Of a stretch of 64,000 nt of DNA, positions 28,012 to 36,920 are shown one piece after another; position 1 is the stretch's first letter; every line of letters begins with the position of its first letter. The stretch is from positions 1 through 64,000 of the forward strand of contig JBFJCP010000006.1 in NCBI GenBank assembly GCA_041615815.1, written 5' to 3'. Both the position numbers and the translations under genes were made by a program. This stretch comes from Gemmatimonadales bacterium (lineage in GTDB: Bacteria; Gemmatimonadota; Gemmatimonadetes; Gemmatimonadales; GWC2-71-9). Under the pieces are notes generated by a model. It was not told the origin of the DNA and searched no databases. It worked only from the letters and a program-made list of their open reading frames with translations.

Positions 28012-29556
28012 TCACGTGGGTCGCTGAACTCCGAGACGGTCCATCTTGCTCTGCAGGGTCGTGGGGGGGAGTCCGAGGATCTTCGCGGCCCCGTTTTCTC
28101 CGTAGATCTTTCCGTTGGTTTGCCGGAGGACCCGCTCGATATAGTCGCGTTCGTATTCTCTCAGCGTGGGCCAGTGTCGACCACTCGCCTTGCGAGCGCT
28201 GCGTTGGGTGGTACCGCTGTCCAGCGCGAGCGTCAGCTCGCCCCCGGCCGGTCGGAGCACGCGCGCACGTTCGAGGGTGTTCACTAGCTCTCGCACGTTA
28301 CCTGGCCAATGGTGCTGCCTCAACGCCTGCATGGACGCTTCCGGCACTCTCCAGGGTCCTCGGCCCGTCCGACGGTGGATGCGCTCCAAGATGTGCTCGA
28401 CCAGGGGGGCTAGGTCGTCGGGGCGTTCTCGGAGCGGTGGGATGCAAAGCGGGAAGACGTGGAGGCGGTAGTAGAGATCTTCGCGAAAACGACTGTCGTC
28501 GATCGCGCGTTCGAGATCCACGTTGGTGGCTGCGAGGACTCGAACATCGACGCGTTCCGTCCGGTCGCTGCCTACTGGCTCGAACGCCCCTTCTTCGAGG
28601 ACGCGAAGCAACTTCACCTGCGTCGTCGGTGGCAGGTCGCCAACCTCATCTAAGAAAAGGGTTCCCTCGTCCGCCAATCGGAAACGACCCGGCCGATCGC
28701 GCACAGCTCCTGAGAACGCGCCGCGGCGATGCCCAAAGAGTTCGCTCTCGATGAGGGTTTCCGGAAGCGCGGCGCAGTTGATCTTGATGAACGTCCGCTC
28801 GGCGCGGTTGCTCCACCCGTGAATCCCTCGCGCAAACACCTCCTTCCCGGTGCCGGTCTCGCCTGTGATCAGAACCGGCGCATCGGTAATGGCTACCTGC
28901 TTGGCCATCCGGACGAGCCGTCGCATTTCGCGACTCTGCAGACGCTCCAACGCACGGGATGCGTCGGTATCGGCGGATACCTGTTCCTCCAGCAGCCGAT
29001 TCTCTTCGCGAAGCCGCTCGTGCAGCTCCTCTAGACGCTCGGCGCGGTCGGCGAGCGCGCTGCCCAACCCGATCAGCGCTGCATAGACAGCGGCAAGCCT
29101 GACCATCTCAGGACCGTAGACGGCTCTCGTCCCGCCTGTGAATGTGAGGATGCCCATGCGTTGATCCCCGGCGATGACCGGCACCACCATCAACGGGTGA
29201 TCGTCGGGGAGCGGAACCAATTCCGCGAACGGGTGATCGTCCTCCGGCTGTTCGCCGCCTTCCAGCACCGTCGCTTGCCCCGCCTCGAGAACGCTGCGCA
29301 ACGTTGGATACCGCTCCAGCCCGACCGCGCATTCCAGCACTGCCTGGTTCACCAACGGCCCCCTCGCCGCCCGCACTCGAAGGGCGCTGGCCTCGACTTC
29401 GAAATAGGCGGCGATTTCATATGGGATCGAGTCGCCCAACGCCGCCAAGGCGCGCTCGATGAGCTGCTCCCGCTCATGGGGACGCCTGGCGGCAATCCCC
29501 GCCACCTCATGGAGACCGGGCGTGAGCTCGGGTACGAGCTTCTCAGGGTTGTTCAC
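28012..29556 (-). CDS. GAF-domain sigma-54 enhancer-binding activator (FhlA/NorR-like architecture)
   Basis: GAF, GETGTGKE, ESELFGH..GAFSGA, LFLDEVG, WPGNVREL, Fis-type HTH. Confidence 0.9.
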   Translation of the reverse strand: MNNPEKLVPELTPGLHEVAGIAARRPHEREQLIERALAALGDSIPYEIAAYFEVEASALRVRAARGPLVNQAVLECAVGLERYPTLRSVLEAGQATVLEGGEQPEDDHPFAELVPLPDDHPLMVVPVIAGDQRMGILTFTGGTRAVYGPEMVRLAAVYAALIGLGSALADRAERLEELHERLREENRLLEEQVSADTDASRALERLQSREMRRLVRMAKQVAITDAPVLITGETGTGKEVFARGIHGWSNRAERTFIKINCAALPETLIESELFGHRRGAFSGAVRDRPGRFRLADEGTLFLDEVGDLPPTTQVKLLRVLEEGAFEPVGSDRTERVDVRVLAATNVDLERAIDDSRFREDLYYRLHVFPLCIPPLRERPDDLAPLVEHILERIHRRTGRGPWRVPEASMQALRQHHWPGNVRELVNTLERARVLRPAGGELTLALDSGTTQRSARKASGRHWPTLREYERDYIERVLRQTNGKIYGENGAAKILGLPPTTLQSKMDRLGVQRPT

Positions 29557-29577
29557 GGCACCGATATAAGGGTGTAT

Positions 29578-29598
29578 ACAACGATATATCGTCGTTGT
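29578..29598. promoter_or_regulatory. Inverted repeat, putative activator binding site
   Basis: ACAACGA-N7-TCGTTGT in the AT-rich divergent intergenic region. Confidence 0.55.
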
Positions 29599-29646
29599 GG
29601 TCGATTATGCAAATTGTAAAGCTATGTCAAACAAGAATATATAAAG

Positions 29647-29662
29647 TGGTACGGTTCATGCC
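29647..29662 (+). promoter_or_regulatory. Sigma-54 -24/-12 promoter for dps-mscS
   Basis: TGGTAC-GGTTC-ATGC with exact GG-N10-GC spacing, next to a sigma-54 activator gene. Confidence 0.62.
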
Positions 29663-29761
29663 TATCAAGTACGCATATCACAGGTCATTCGTTTGGCGAC
29701 AACGGAATATAGGTGATCGCCGAGGGATGCGATCCCACGGCAACAGACGGGGAGGAACTGC

Positions 29762-30271
29762 ATGCGAGCCATAAATCGAGACAACGTGAAGCTGGCACGG
29801 GGTATCGCGGGGTTGCTGGCTGATACCTACACCCTCTACAACTCGACCCAGTGCGCGCACTGGAATGTCGAAGGTCCTCGGTTCAAGGAATTACACGATC
29901 TCTTCGAGGACCAATACCAAGAGCTGGCGGTGGCCATCGACGTGATCGCCGAGCGTCTGCGCGCGCTGGGGTTTTATGTCCCGGGCACGCTCCAGGAGAT
30001 GAGCGAGCTCAGTCGCCTGAACCAGCGGTCTCTGGTCGAGGGGCCGACGGCTTGGGAGGGCCACCTCATCGAAGGACACCGGCAAGTCGCGCATCGGCTC
30101 CGGGAGTTGCAGGCTCTTGCGGAGAAAACGATGGACGAGGCGACCATGGATCTCCTCGTTGAGCGTCTTCGGGTTCATGAGAAAACAATCTGGATGTTGC
30201 GCAGTTTGATCGGCGGAGTCTCGGAGACCCTGGTGGCACCTCCCACGTTCGAAGCAGCCATCGGTGCGTAG
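29762..30271 (+). CDS. dps: Dps DNA-protection/mini-ferritin protein
   Basis: HWNVEGPRFKELHDLFEDQY, DVIAERLRALG, HEKTIWML; GGAGG RBS. Confidence 0.92.
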   Translation: MRAINRDNVKLARGIAGLLADTYTLYNSTQCAHWNVEGPRFKELHDLFEDQYQELAVAIDVIAERLRALGFYVPGTLQEMSELSRLNQRSLVEGPTAWEGHLIEGHRQVAHRLRELQALAEKTMDEATMDLLVERLRVHEKTIWMLRSLIGGVSETLVAPPTFEAAIGA

Positions 30272-30328
30272 CCCAGGGGTCGAGGGGGGCAGCAACCAAC
30301 CATTCGGTCATGAAAGAGGGAATGCACG

Positions 30329-31237
30329 ATGAACATACAAGACATTTATGGGATATTGGTCGACAAGCTCACGTCGTGGGCTGAGGCGGCGGTGGCCGGT
30401 CTTCCCAACTTGGTCGTTGCCGTGGCTGTCCTCGCCCTGTTCGTGGTGGCTGGACGGCTCACGAGTGGGTTGGTTCGACGCATCGCGAAGGAGGTCAGCG
30501 AGGCCGAGGCGATTGTGCGGCTGATGACCAGGCTGACACGGTACGCCATCGTCGTGCTTGGCTTCATCGTCGCTCTGGGAATCCTAGGGCTCCAGAAGAC
30601 GGTGTTTTCGGTGCTCGCTGGAGCTGGTGTCGTTGGGCTTGCCATCGGGTTCGCGTTCCAAGACCTCGCCGCCAACTTCATCGCCGGTATCGTGATGGGT
30701 CTCCGCAAGCCATTTGATGTTGGAGACATCATCAGGACCAATGACCACATGGGAACGGTACGGGCCATCAACCTTCGGAACACATTACTTGAAACGTTCA
30801 GCGGACAACTCGTCATCGTCCCGAACAAGGAAGTGTTCGAGAACCCCCTCGTGAACTATTCGGCGGAGGGCCTGCGGCGCGTTGAGATCGAGGTCGGGGT
30901 GGCGTACGACTCTGATTTGGAGCGAGCGGCGGCAATCGTTCGAGAGGCAGTCGAACACTTGGACTTCTTGGCACCGGACACGGATGTCACGGTCGTGGCT
31001 GAAGAATTTGGCGGCAGCAGCATCAACTTCACGGTCCGTTACTGGATCGAATATCCCGGCGAGGTCGGATATCCGGCCGCCCGGCATGCTGGGATCGTAG
31101 CGATCAAGAAGGCGTTCGACGAACATGAAATCGACATTCCGTTTCCGATTCGGACGCTCGACTTCAGCCTTACCGAGGACACGGCGGCGCGGTTCTACAT
31201 GGAGCGGGCCAAAGAACCATCTGCAGTCGCTGCCTAA
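30329..31237 (+). CDS. mscS: Small-conductance mechanosensitive channel family protein
   Basis: GLAIGFAFQDLAANFIAG, PFDVGD, VPN, GVAYDSD, IDIPFP. Confidence 0.88.
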   Translation: MNIQDIYGILVDKLTSWAEAAVAGLPNLVVAVAVLALFVVAGRLTSGLVRRIAKEVSEAEAIVRLMTRLTRYAIVVLGFIVALGILGLQKTVFSVLAGAGVVGLAIGFAFQDLAANFIAGIVMGLRKPFDVGDIIRTNDHMGTVRAINLRNTLLETFSGQLVIVPNKEVFENPLVNYSAEGLRRVEIEVGVAYDSDLERAAAIVREAVEHLDFLAPDTDVTVVAEEFGGSSINFTVRYWIEYPGEVGYPAARHAGIVAIKKAFDEHEIDIPFPIRTLDFSLTEDTAARFYMERAKEPSAVAA

Positions 31238-31263
31238 ACGATCGTCCCACTCCGCGTAACCAG

Positions 31264-31288
31264 GAGGCGGCCCGGTGTGGGCCGCCTC
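31264..31288 (+). terminator. GC-rich hairpin after mscS (possible terminator, no U-tract)
   Basis: GAGGCGGCCC-GGTGT-GGGCCGCCTC. Confidence 0.4.
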
Positions 31289-31397
31289 TGCTGCGAGGAC
31301 CCCAGACTCGTTTCCGGACGGCGGTTCATCTATCTTTGCCACGCTTCATGTGGCGCGTTCGGGGGTGGAACCACCGGGAATGCATAGGCTCAGGACT

Positions 31398-31934
31398 ATG
31401 ACTGACGAGCAAGTCATTCTGGTTGATGACACGGACAGGGAATTGGGTGCCGGCCTCAAGTTGCCAGTGCATCGGAGAGGTGACCTGCACCGCGCCATCT
31501 CCGTGTTTGTGTTCGACGAACAGCACAGGTTGCTGTTGCAGCAACGTGCTCTCACGAAATACCATTCGCCGGGGCTTTGGTCGAACACCTGTTGCGGCCA
31601 CCCCAGACCCGGAGAGTCAGTGCTGGAAACTGCGCATCGGCGTCTGCGAGAGGAAATGGGAATCGATTGTCCGCTTGTACCAGCTTTTACCTTTCTTTAT
31701 CGCGTGGAACTTGACAATGGCTTGATCGAGCACGAATTCGACCATGTGTTTACCGGGCGGCATGTCGGTTCGCCAAATCCAAACCCCGCAGAGGTTGCGG
31801 CATGGCGGTGGGAAAGATTCGCCGAGGTCGCAGAAGATCAGGATCGTCACCCGGAACGCTACACGGCGTGGTTCAGGATCATGCTGCACAAATATCGGTT
31901 CCGCATAGTTCCTTCGGCCAAACCCACTCTCTAA
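31398..31934 (+). CDS. idi: Isopentenyl-diphosphate delta-isomerase type 1
   Basis: LHRAISVF, LLQQRA..KYH, WSNTCCGHP, EHEFDHVF, YTAWF. Confidence 0.92.
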   Translation: MTDEQVILVDDTDRELGAGLKLPVHRRGDLHRAISVFVFDEQHRLLLQQRALTKYHSPGLWSNTCCGHPRPGESVLETAHRRLREEMGIDCPLVPAFTFLYRVELDNGLIEHEFDHVFTGRHVGSPNPNPAEVAAWRWERFAEVAEDQDRHPERYTAWFRIMLHKYRFRIVPSAKPTL

Positions 31935-31945
31935 TAGGTCATTGC

Positions 31946-33574
31946 ATGCGTCTTTTCATTTGCTGTTTTACGTTGGCCTGCGGCATCACACCAACGGTAG
32001 TCCCGCAAACCCCACCACCACGGCTAGGTGTCGTGATCGTCGTCGATCAGATGCGTGCCGATTTCCTACAGCGCTTTACCGGGTTCTACACGGAAGGATT
32101 TGCCGCGCTCATCGAGGGTGGTACCGTCTTCACTGACGCGCATCAGGACCATGCGGTGACCGAGACCGCGGTAGGACATGCCACGATCGCCACTGGCGTC
32201 TTTCCGAAACATCACGGGATCGTTGGAAACACCTGGTATGACCGTGGCGCGCTCCGGATGTTCTACGCTTCCGAGGACTCGTCAGTTCAAATCGTCGGCC
32301 TCGAGGGGGCGGAAGGGCGTTCGCCGGCACAACTCCGGTCGCCTACGGTGGGTGACTGGCTAAAAGCGCGGTCACCGGCGAGTAAGGTGTATGCAGTTGC
32401 ACTCAAAGACCGAGCAGCAACGTTCATGGCGGGGAAGAAGGCTGACGCAGCGTTGTGGTACGAGGAAGACGCTGGCCGCTATGTCACCTCCACCTATTAT
32501 ACCCGCGATTCCCTGCCGTGGCTCGAAGCGTTCAATCGGTCAGGACGTATCGAGGCCTTTCTGAAGGACGGGTGGAAACAGATGCTTCCGGTTGAGGGGT
32601 ACTTCGTGTCCCGCGAAGACTCGTTTCCCCAGGAAGCGAACGGCATCAAGACCACGTTTCCGCATACCTTCACGGGTGACACAGTGATCACCCCTGCCTA
32701 CTACAGCGAGCTGCGTGTTACCCCGTTCGCCGATCAGCTCACGCTAGACCTGGCTCGTGACGTCATTACGGAGGAACGGTTGGGGGCGGATGCGGATCCG
32801 GACCTGATATTCATCGGGTTGTCCGCCGCCGACTACATTGGCCATACCTTCGGCCCGTTGAGCCAGGAAGCAGAAGACTACTATGTTCGCGTGGATGGGT
32901 TCCTAGGGGACTTCATTGCGTTTCTGGATGAGCAAGTGGGACGCGAGCAATACTTCGTCGTCCTGACGTCCGATCATGGTGTGCTGCCGTTGCCGGAGGA
33001 ACTCGCGCGTCGTGGCTTGCCCGCACGGCGCATATCCAGAAACGAACTCCAGCTCACCCTGCAGGAAGTGATTCTCGGCGCGCTCGAGGAGACGGGGATT
33101 ACCACCCCACCTCGTGTTCGGCTCGCCAACGGGGTGTCCTTTGAGTTCACCGACCCTTCCGTCACTGACGCACAGCGGCTCACCGTAGCGCAAAGTGTCG
33201 CCGCGCGGCTCCGGGAAGCGTCTTTCGTGGAAGATGCATTCACCTACGCCGAGCTTCAGGAAACGGGCGCCGACCGTTCGTATCTCGAGGTCTACCGGCG
33301 ACAGTTTCCGCCGGATCTGTCGCCCGATGTCGCCTTACGGTTCTCACCGTTCACCCTCGCCGGATGGGGCGACTTCGGCACGACGCACGGCTCGCCCTAC
33401 GTCTACGATACGAAGATCCCGTTGGTTTTTTGGGGAGGGGCCATCCGCGGAGCCCGGGTGGTTCGGCGCGTCCGCTCGGTCGATATCGCACCGACCATCG
33501 CGCACCTCCTCGCGGTGACTCCTCCAGCCAACTTGAATGGTGAGGTCTTGAAAGAGGTGCTCGTGCGCCCGTAA
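31946..33574 (+). CDS. Alkaline phosphatase superfamily protein (PafA-like)
   Basis: VVDQMR, TETAVGHATI (Thr nucleophile), KDRAA, DYIGH, TSDHG, HGSPY. Confidence 0.88.
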   Translation: MRLFICCFTLACGITPTVVPQTPPPRLGVVIVVDQMRADFLQRFTGFYTEGFAALIEGGTVFTDAHQDHAVTETAVGHATIATGVFPKHHGIVGNTWYDRGALRMFYASEDSSVQIVGLEGAEGRSPAQLRSPTVGDWLKARSPASKVYAVALKDRAATFMAGKKADAALWYEEDAGRYVTSTYYTRDSLPWLEAFNRSGRIEAFLKDGWKQMLPVEGYFVSREDSFPQEANGIKTTFPHTFTGDTVITPAYYSELRVTPFADQLTLDLARDVITEERLGADADPDLIFIGLSAADYIGHTFGPLSQEAEDYYVRVDGFLGDFIAFLDEQVGREQYFVVLTSDHGVLPLPEELARRGLPARRISRNELQLTLQEVILGALEETGITTPPRVRLANGVSFEFTDPSVTDAQRLTVAQSVAARLREASFVEDAFTYAELQETGADRSYLEVYRRQFPPDLSPDVALRFSPFTLAGWGDFGTTHGSPYVYDTKIPLVFWGGAIRGARVVRRVRSVDIAPTIAHLLAVTPPANLNGEVLKEVLVRP

Positions 33575-33577
33575 GTC

Positions 33578-34762
33578 CTAGTCGTGCTGAATCTTCGCGG
33601 CTGAATCCGCGCTGGCAGTGATCGGCGCTTGGGTCATCTTCTCGCGTACCGCATCGGGGATTCGGATCTCGAGTTCCTTCCTGTCCTCTGGGTCTTCCTC
33701 TTCGAGGTCGGGAGCCCGTTCGTACGCGAACTCGACGATCTTCCGCAACGTGTGCGAAAACTCAAAACCACCGGCCTCTGCTGACTCCATGTACGACACA
33801 CCCTCGGTGAGATCCGGGTTGGGATTGACTTCGAGCACGTAGGGCTGGTTGCGTTTGGCAAGCCGAATGTCGAGGCGCGCGTAGTCACGACAGCCCGTGA
33901 GCGTGTATGCTCGCAACGCCACGTCCTCGATTTTCTTGAGGGCCCGCTCCGACAGTTCCGCTGGACAGATAGTGTGCACCTGATGGTACACTTGATTCAG
34001 CGGATTCCACTTTGCATCGTAACTGATGATCGAAGGATGCTCCGGCGGGAGCTCGGAAAAGTCGAACTCGATCGCTGGCAGCATCACCGGAGGATCGTTT
34101 CCGAGGATCGAGACGTGTAGCTCACGACCCTCGATGAACTCTTCCACGAGAATCGGCGGATCGAACTCCTCGAACACTTTGTCGAGTTGCTTGACCAACT
34201 GCTCGTGATCGTGAACCACGGATCCGGCCTCCACGCCCATGCTTGCGTCCGACCGTGATGGCTTGACGATGAGGGGATAGTGTAGGCCGTGTCGCTTGGA
34301 CACCTTTGGCTCGTGCAGAATACGGAATCGGGGCGTCGGCACGCCATTCGCAAGCAAGACTTGTTTCGCAAGACCCTTCTTGTGGCAGAGCGACAACGCA
34401 AAGGGAGGTGCGCCTGTATAGGCGATGTCGTGTAAATCAAAGAAGGCGGCGACCGCTGGCTCGAGTTCGGCATCGTCGCGAAAATGTTCGACGAGGTTGA
34501 AGACGACATCCGGACGGCCGCGTCCTTTGGTAAGACGTTGGAGCCTGCGAATGTCCTCCTTGATGTTTACCGCCGTCGCTCGGAATCCCTCCTGTCGCAG
34601 CGACTTCACGATGGCTTTGTACTCTTCCTCGACCGTTGCTACGTGAATGTCGTATTCCGGCTCGAACCCCAACATAGCGGGATCGACGTTGCGAATCTTT
34701 TCGTACACGTCCTCCGCGATGTGATTGTACACCACCGCCACGAAAATGCGATCGTCGTCCAT
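33578..34762 (-). CDS. D-Ala-D-Ala ligase-like ATP-grasp enzyme
   Basis: DVVFNLVE, YTGAPP, PLIVKP, VEEFIEGRE, YDAKW, YARLDIRL, LEVNPNPDL. Confidence 0.82.
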   Translation of the reverse strand: MDDDRIFVAVVYNHIAEDVYEKIRNVDPAMLGFEPEYDIHVATVEEEYKAIVKSLRQEGFRATAVNIKEDIRRLQRLTKGRGRPDVVFNLVEHFRDDAELEPAVAAFFDLHDIAYTGAPPFALSLCHKKGLAKQVLLANGVPTPRFRILHEPKVSKRHGLHYPLIVKPSRSDASMGVEAGSVVHDHEQLVKQLDKVFEEFDPPILVEEFIEGRELHVSILGNDPPVMLPAIEFDFSELPPEHPSIISYDAKWNPLNQVYHQVHTICPAELSERALKKIEDVALRAYTLTGCRDYARLDIRLAKRNQPYVLEVNPNPDLTEGVSYMESAEAGGFEFSHTLRKIVEFAYERAPDLEEEDPEDRKELEIRIPDAVREKMTQAPITASADSAAKIQHD

Positions 34763-34846
34763 GGCCGCTACTAGTCCTTGCAGTTCTGCCGTTGGGGTTC
34801 GCCAGACAACGTTATAATTTGCTCGGGTCACTGGTTAGAGCGCTAC

Positions 34847-35674
34847 ATGGGAATTTACCCACAATCGAACGGTTGGGAGTGCGGTCCCTTTGCCCTGAAG
34901 TACGCCCTGACGCTCTTGGGAATTCCTTGTGACGAACGCGAAATCGCCCAAGTCGCTGGCACCAATGAAGATGGGACCGATGAAGAAGAACTTGCACGTG
35001 CGGCAACACGGTTTGGCTGCGAGTTGAAACTGATTCGCCACGACCATCCGGCTGCAGCTCAGCGCGATCTCGATACGCTCCTCGGTAGAGGCACCCCAGT
35101 GCTTTTGTGTATCGATCAGTGGGGGCACTGGGTGACAGCGGCGCACGGCGAGGACGGCACGTACGTCGTGTTCGATAGCCGGGATAGCAGCGTGGTCACC
35201 GTGAGTCCTTGGGACCAACTGCGCCCGCGCTTGGCGTACCAAGAGCGCGCTCCCGACGGTTCGAACCGGGCGCTCTACGACCTGCACCCCGTCCAGGCGA
35301 GGCTTGCGACACCGCGCCGTGCCCGGATCTCCCTGACTCGAGCGGGGCACTTGAGACTTCCCGAGAATCGGAGCTTGGCGCTCGGATGGAGTCGTTATCT
35401 CGAAGACCTTCTGCAAATCGCCGTGGTGCCGTCAGGGCAGTGTGATCTGAGCGTACCGTTGATTCACGTGATCCGAGAACGGTGCGACGCGATCTCGGCT
35501 CGAGCCCACGAGGCGGTTGCCACGGTCGATGCGGCAACCCGCAGGCGAATCCTAGATAACATGTGTTTCGTCGCCGACGCGTATCAACTCGAGATCGCCG
35601 TTGGAATGGAAGAGCAGGTGGTATCACGGGTCAGCGACGTACTCGTACGCCGAGCTCGTGCGGCCCTCGTGTGA
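34847..35674 (+). CDS. Stand-alone C39-like cysteine peptidase
   Basis: QSNGWECG (Gln+Cys), GT, GHWV (His), VFDS (Asp). Confidence 0.68.
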   Translation: MGIYPQSNGWECGPFALKYALTLLGIPCDEREIAQVAGTNEDGTDEEELARAATRFGCELKLIRHDHPAAAQRDLDTLLGRGTPVLLCIDQWGHWVTAAHGEDGTYVVFDSRDSSVVTVSPWDQLRPRLAYQERAPDGSNRALYDLHPVQARLATPRRARISLTRAGHLRLPENRSLALGWSRYLEDLLQIAVVPSGQCDLSVPLIHVIRERCDAISARAHEAVATVDAATRRRILDNMCFVADAYQLEIAVGMEEQVVSRVSDVLVRRARAALV

Positions 35675-35760
35675 TAGACCAGCCAGACGCTCTCCCAAGG
35701 CGTGCCTACGTCCATCGTGGCCCATAGCCATGAAGGCAGTCTGCTCGTATTCTTCGGGCC

Positions 35761-36918
35761 ATGACGCGCGGGCTCGAGGATGTCGAGTTGCTCAGCCGTC
35801 TCGTGGCGTTCGACTCCACGAGTCGGAACAGCAACCTGCCTATCGCAGACTTCATTTGCGACTACCTCGATCGTCGTGGTGTACGGATCGATCGAAACGC
35901 CTCACCGGACGGTACCAAGGCCAATCTCGTTATTGCTGCTGGACCAGAAGATCTCGCCGCTGAGGGCCTCGGTCTCTCCGGGCACATGGATGTGGTTCCG
36001 GCTGACGAGAAGGACTGGAACAGTGATCCATTTTCATTGGCACGCGTCGACGATCGGCTCGTCGGGCGCGGTGCATGCGACATGAAGGGGTTTCTGGCGC
36101 TTGCGATGAATCGGTTCTTCTCGGTCGACCCCGACCGCTTGCGTCGACCCCTTGCGTTGCTCTTCACGTATGACGAGGAGCTCGGGACGCTTGGGGCCAA
36201 GCATTTCGTGGAGACGTGGCCCACTCCGCGGCGTTTGCCCCGTGCAGTCATCGTCGGTGAGCCAACGGAGCTTCGAGTCGTTCGGATGCACAAAGGGTAC
36301 CTCAAGCTCCGCGTTACATTTGTGGGCCGGGCGGCACACAGCGGATATCCACATCTCGGGCGCAACGCCATCGAGCCCGCGGGCCGCGCGATCGTGGCGC
36401 TGAGCGAGTTGCGGCGCGTTCTCGAGACGGAACGACCCCTACACGCCCTGCATTTTCCGGAGGTTCCATTTGCGGCGCTCAACGTCGCCACCATCACCGG
36501 AGGCGTCGCGATCAATGTCATTCCAGACCACTGCCAGATCGAAGTGGGAGTCCGGTTACTTCCCGAGATGCGAAGCCCAGCCATCGTTGGACGGATCCGG
36601 GATACGCTCACCCACGCGCTCGACGATATCGCGTTCGAGCTCACCGTCCTCGGCGAGAGTCCGGCGATGCTGCTCGAGGAGGATGCATCGCTGCATCGAG
36701 CCCTGTGTCAAGCGATGGGGCAAACGGATTCCCAAAGCGTTTCGTTCGCCACAGACGCGGGCTGGTTCCAGAACATTGGGCTCGAATGTGTCATTTTCGG
36801 TCCGGGATCGATTGAAAAGGCGCATCGCGCCAACGAGTACATGCCGCTGGCCGAGTTGCGGTCTGCAAACCTCGTGTTGCATCGCATAGTACACGATTGG
36901 TGCGAGGCGGGAAGCTGA
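35761..36918 (+). CDS. argE: Acetylornithine deacetylase (M20 family)
   Basis: SGHMDVVP, GRGACDMKGF, YDEE, GEPT, HKG, GPGSIEKAH. Confidence 0.85.
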   Translation: MTRGLEDVELLSRLVAFDSTSRNSNLPIADFICDYLDRRGVRIDRNASPDGTKANLVIAAGPEDLAAEGLGLSGHMDVVPADEKDWNSDPFSLARVDDRLVGRGACDMKGFLALAMNRFFSVDPDRLRRPLALLFTYDEELGTLGAKHFVETWPTPRRLPRAVIVGEPTELRVVRMHKGYLKLRVTFVGRAAHSGYPHLGRNAIEPAGRAIVALSELRRVLETERPLHALHFPEVPFAALNVATITGGVAINVIPDHCQIEVGVRLLPEMRSPAIVGRIRDTLTHALDDIAFELTVLGESPAMLLEEDASLHRALCQAMGQTDSQSVSFATDAGWFQNIGLECVIFGPGSIEKAHRANEYMPLAELRSANLVLHRIVHDWCEAGS

Positions 36919-36920
36919 CC

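Noticed and set aside
33578..35674. Graspetide/RiPP cluster (ATP-grasp + C39)
   Set aside because: The ligase is Ddl-like rather than RimK/MvdD-like; no precursor peptide or transporter seen.
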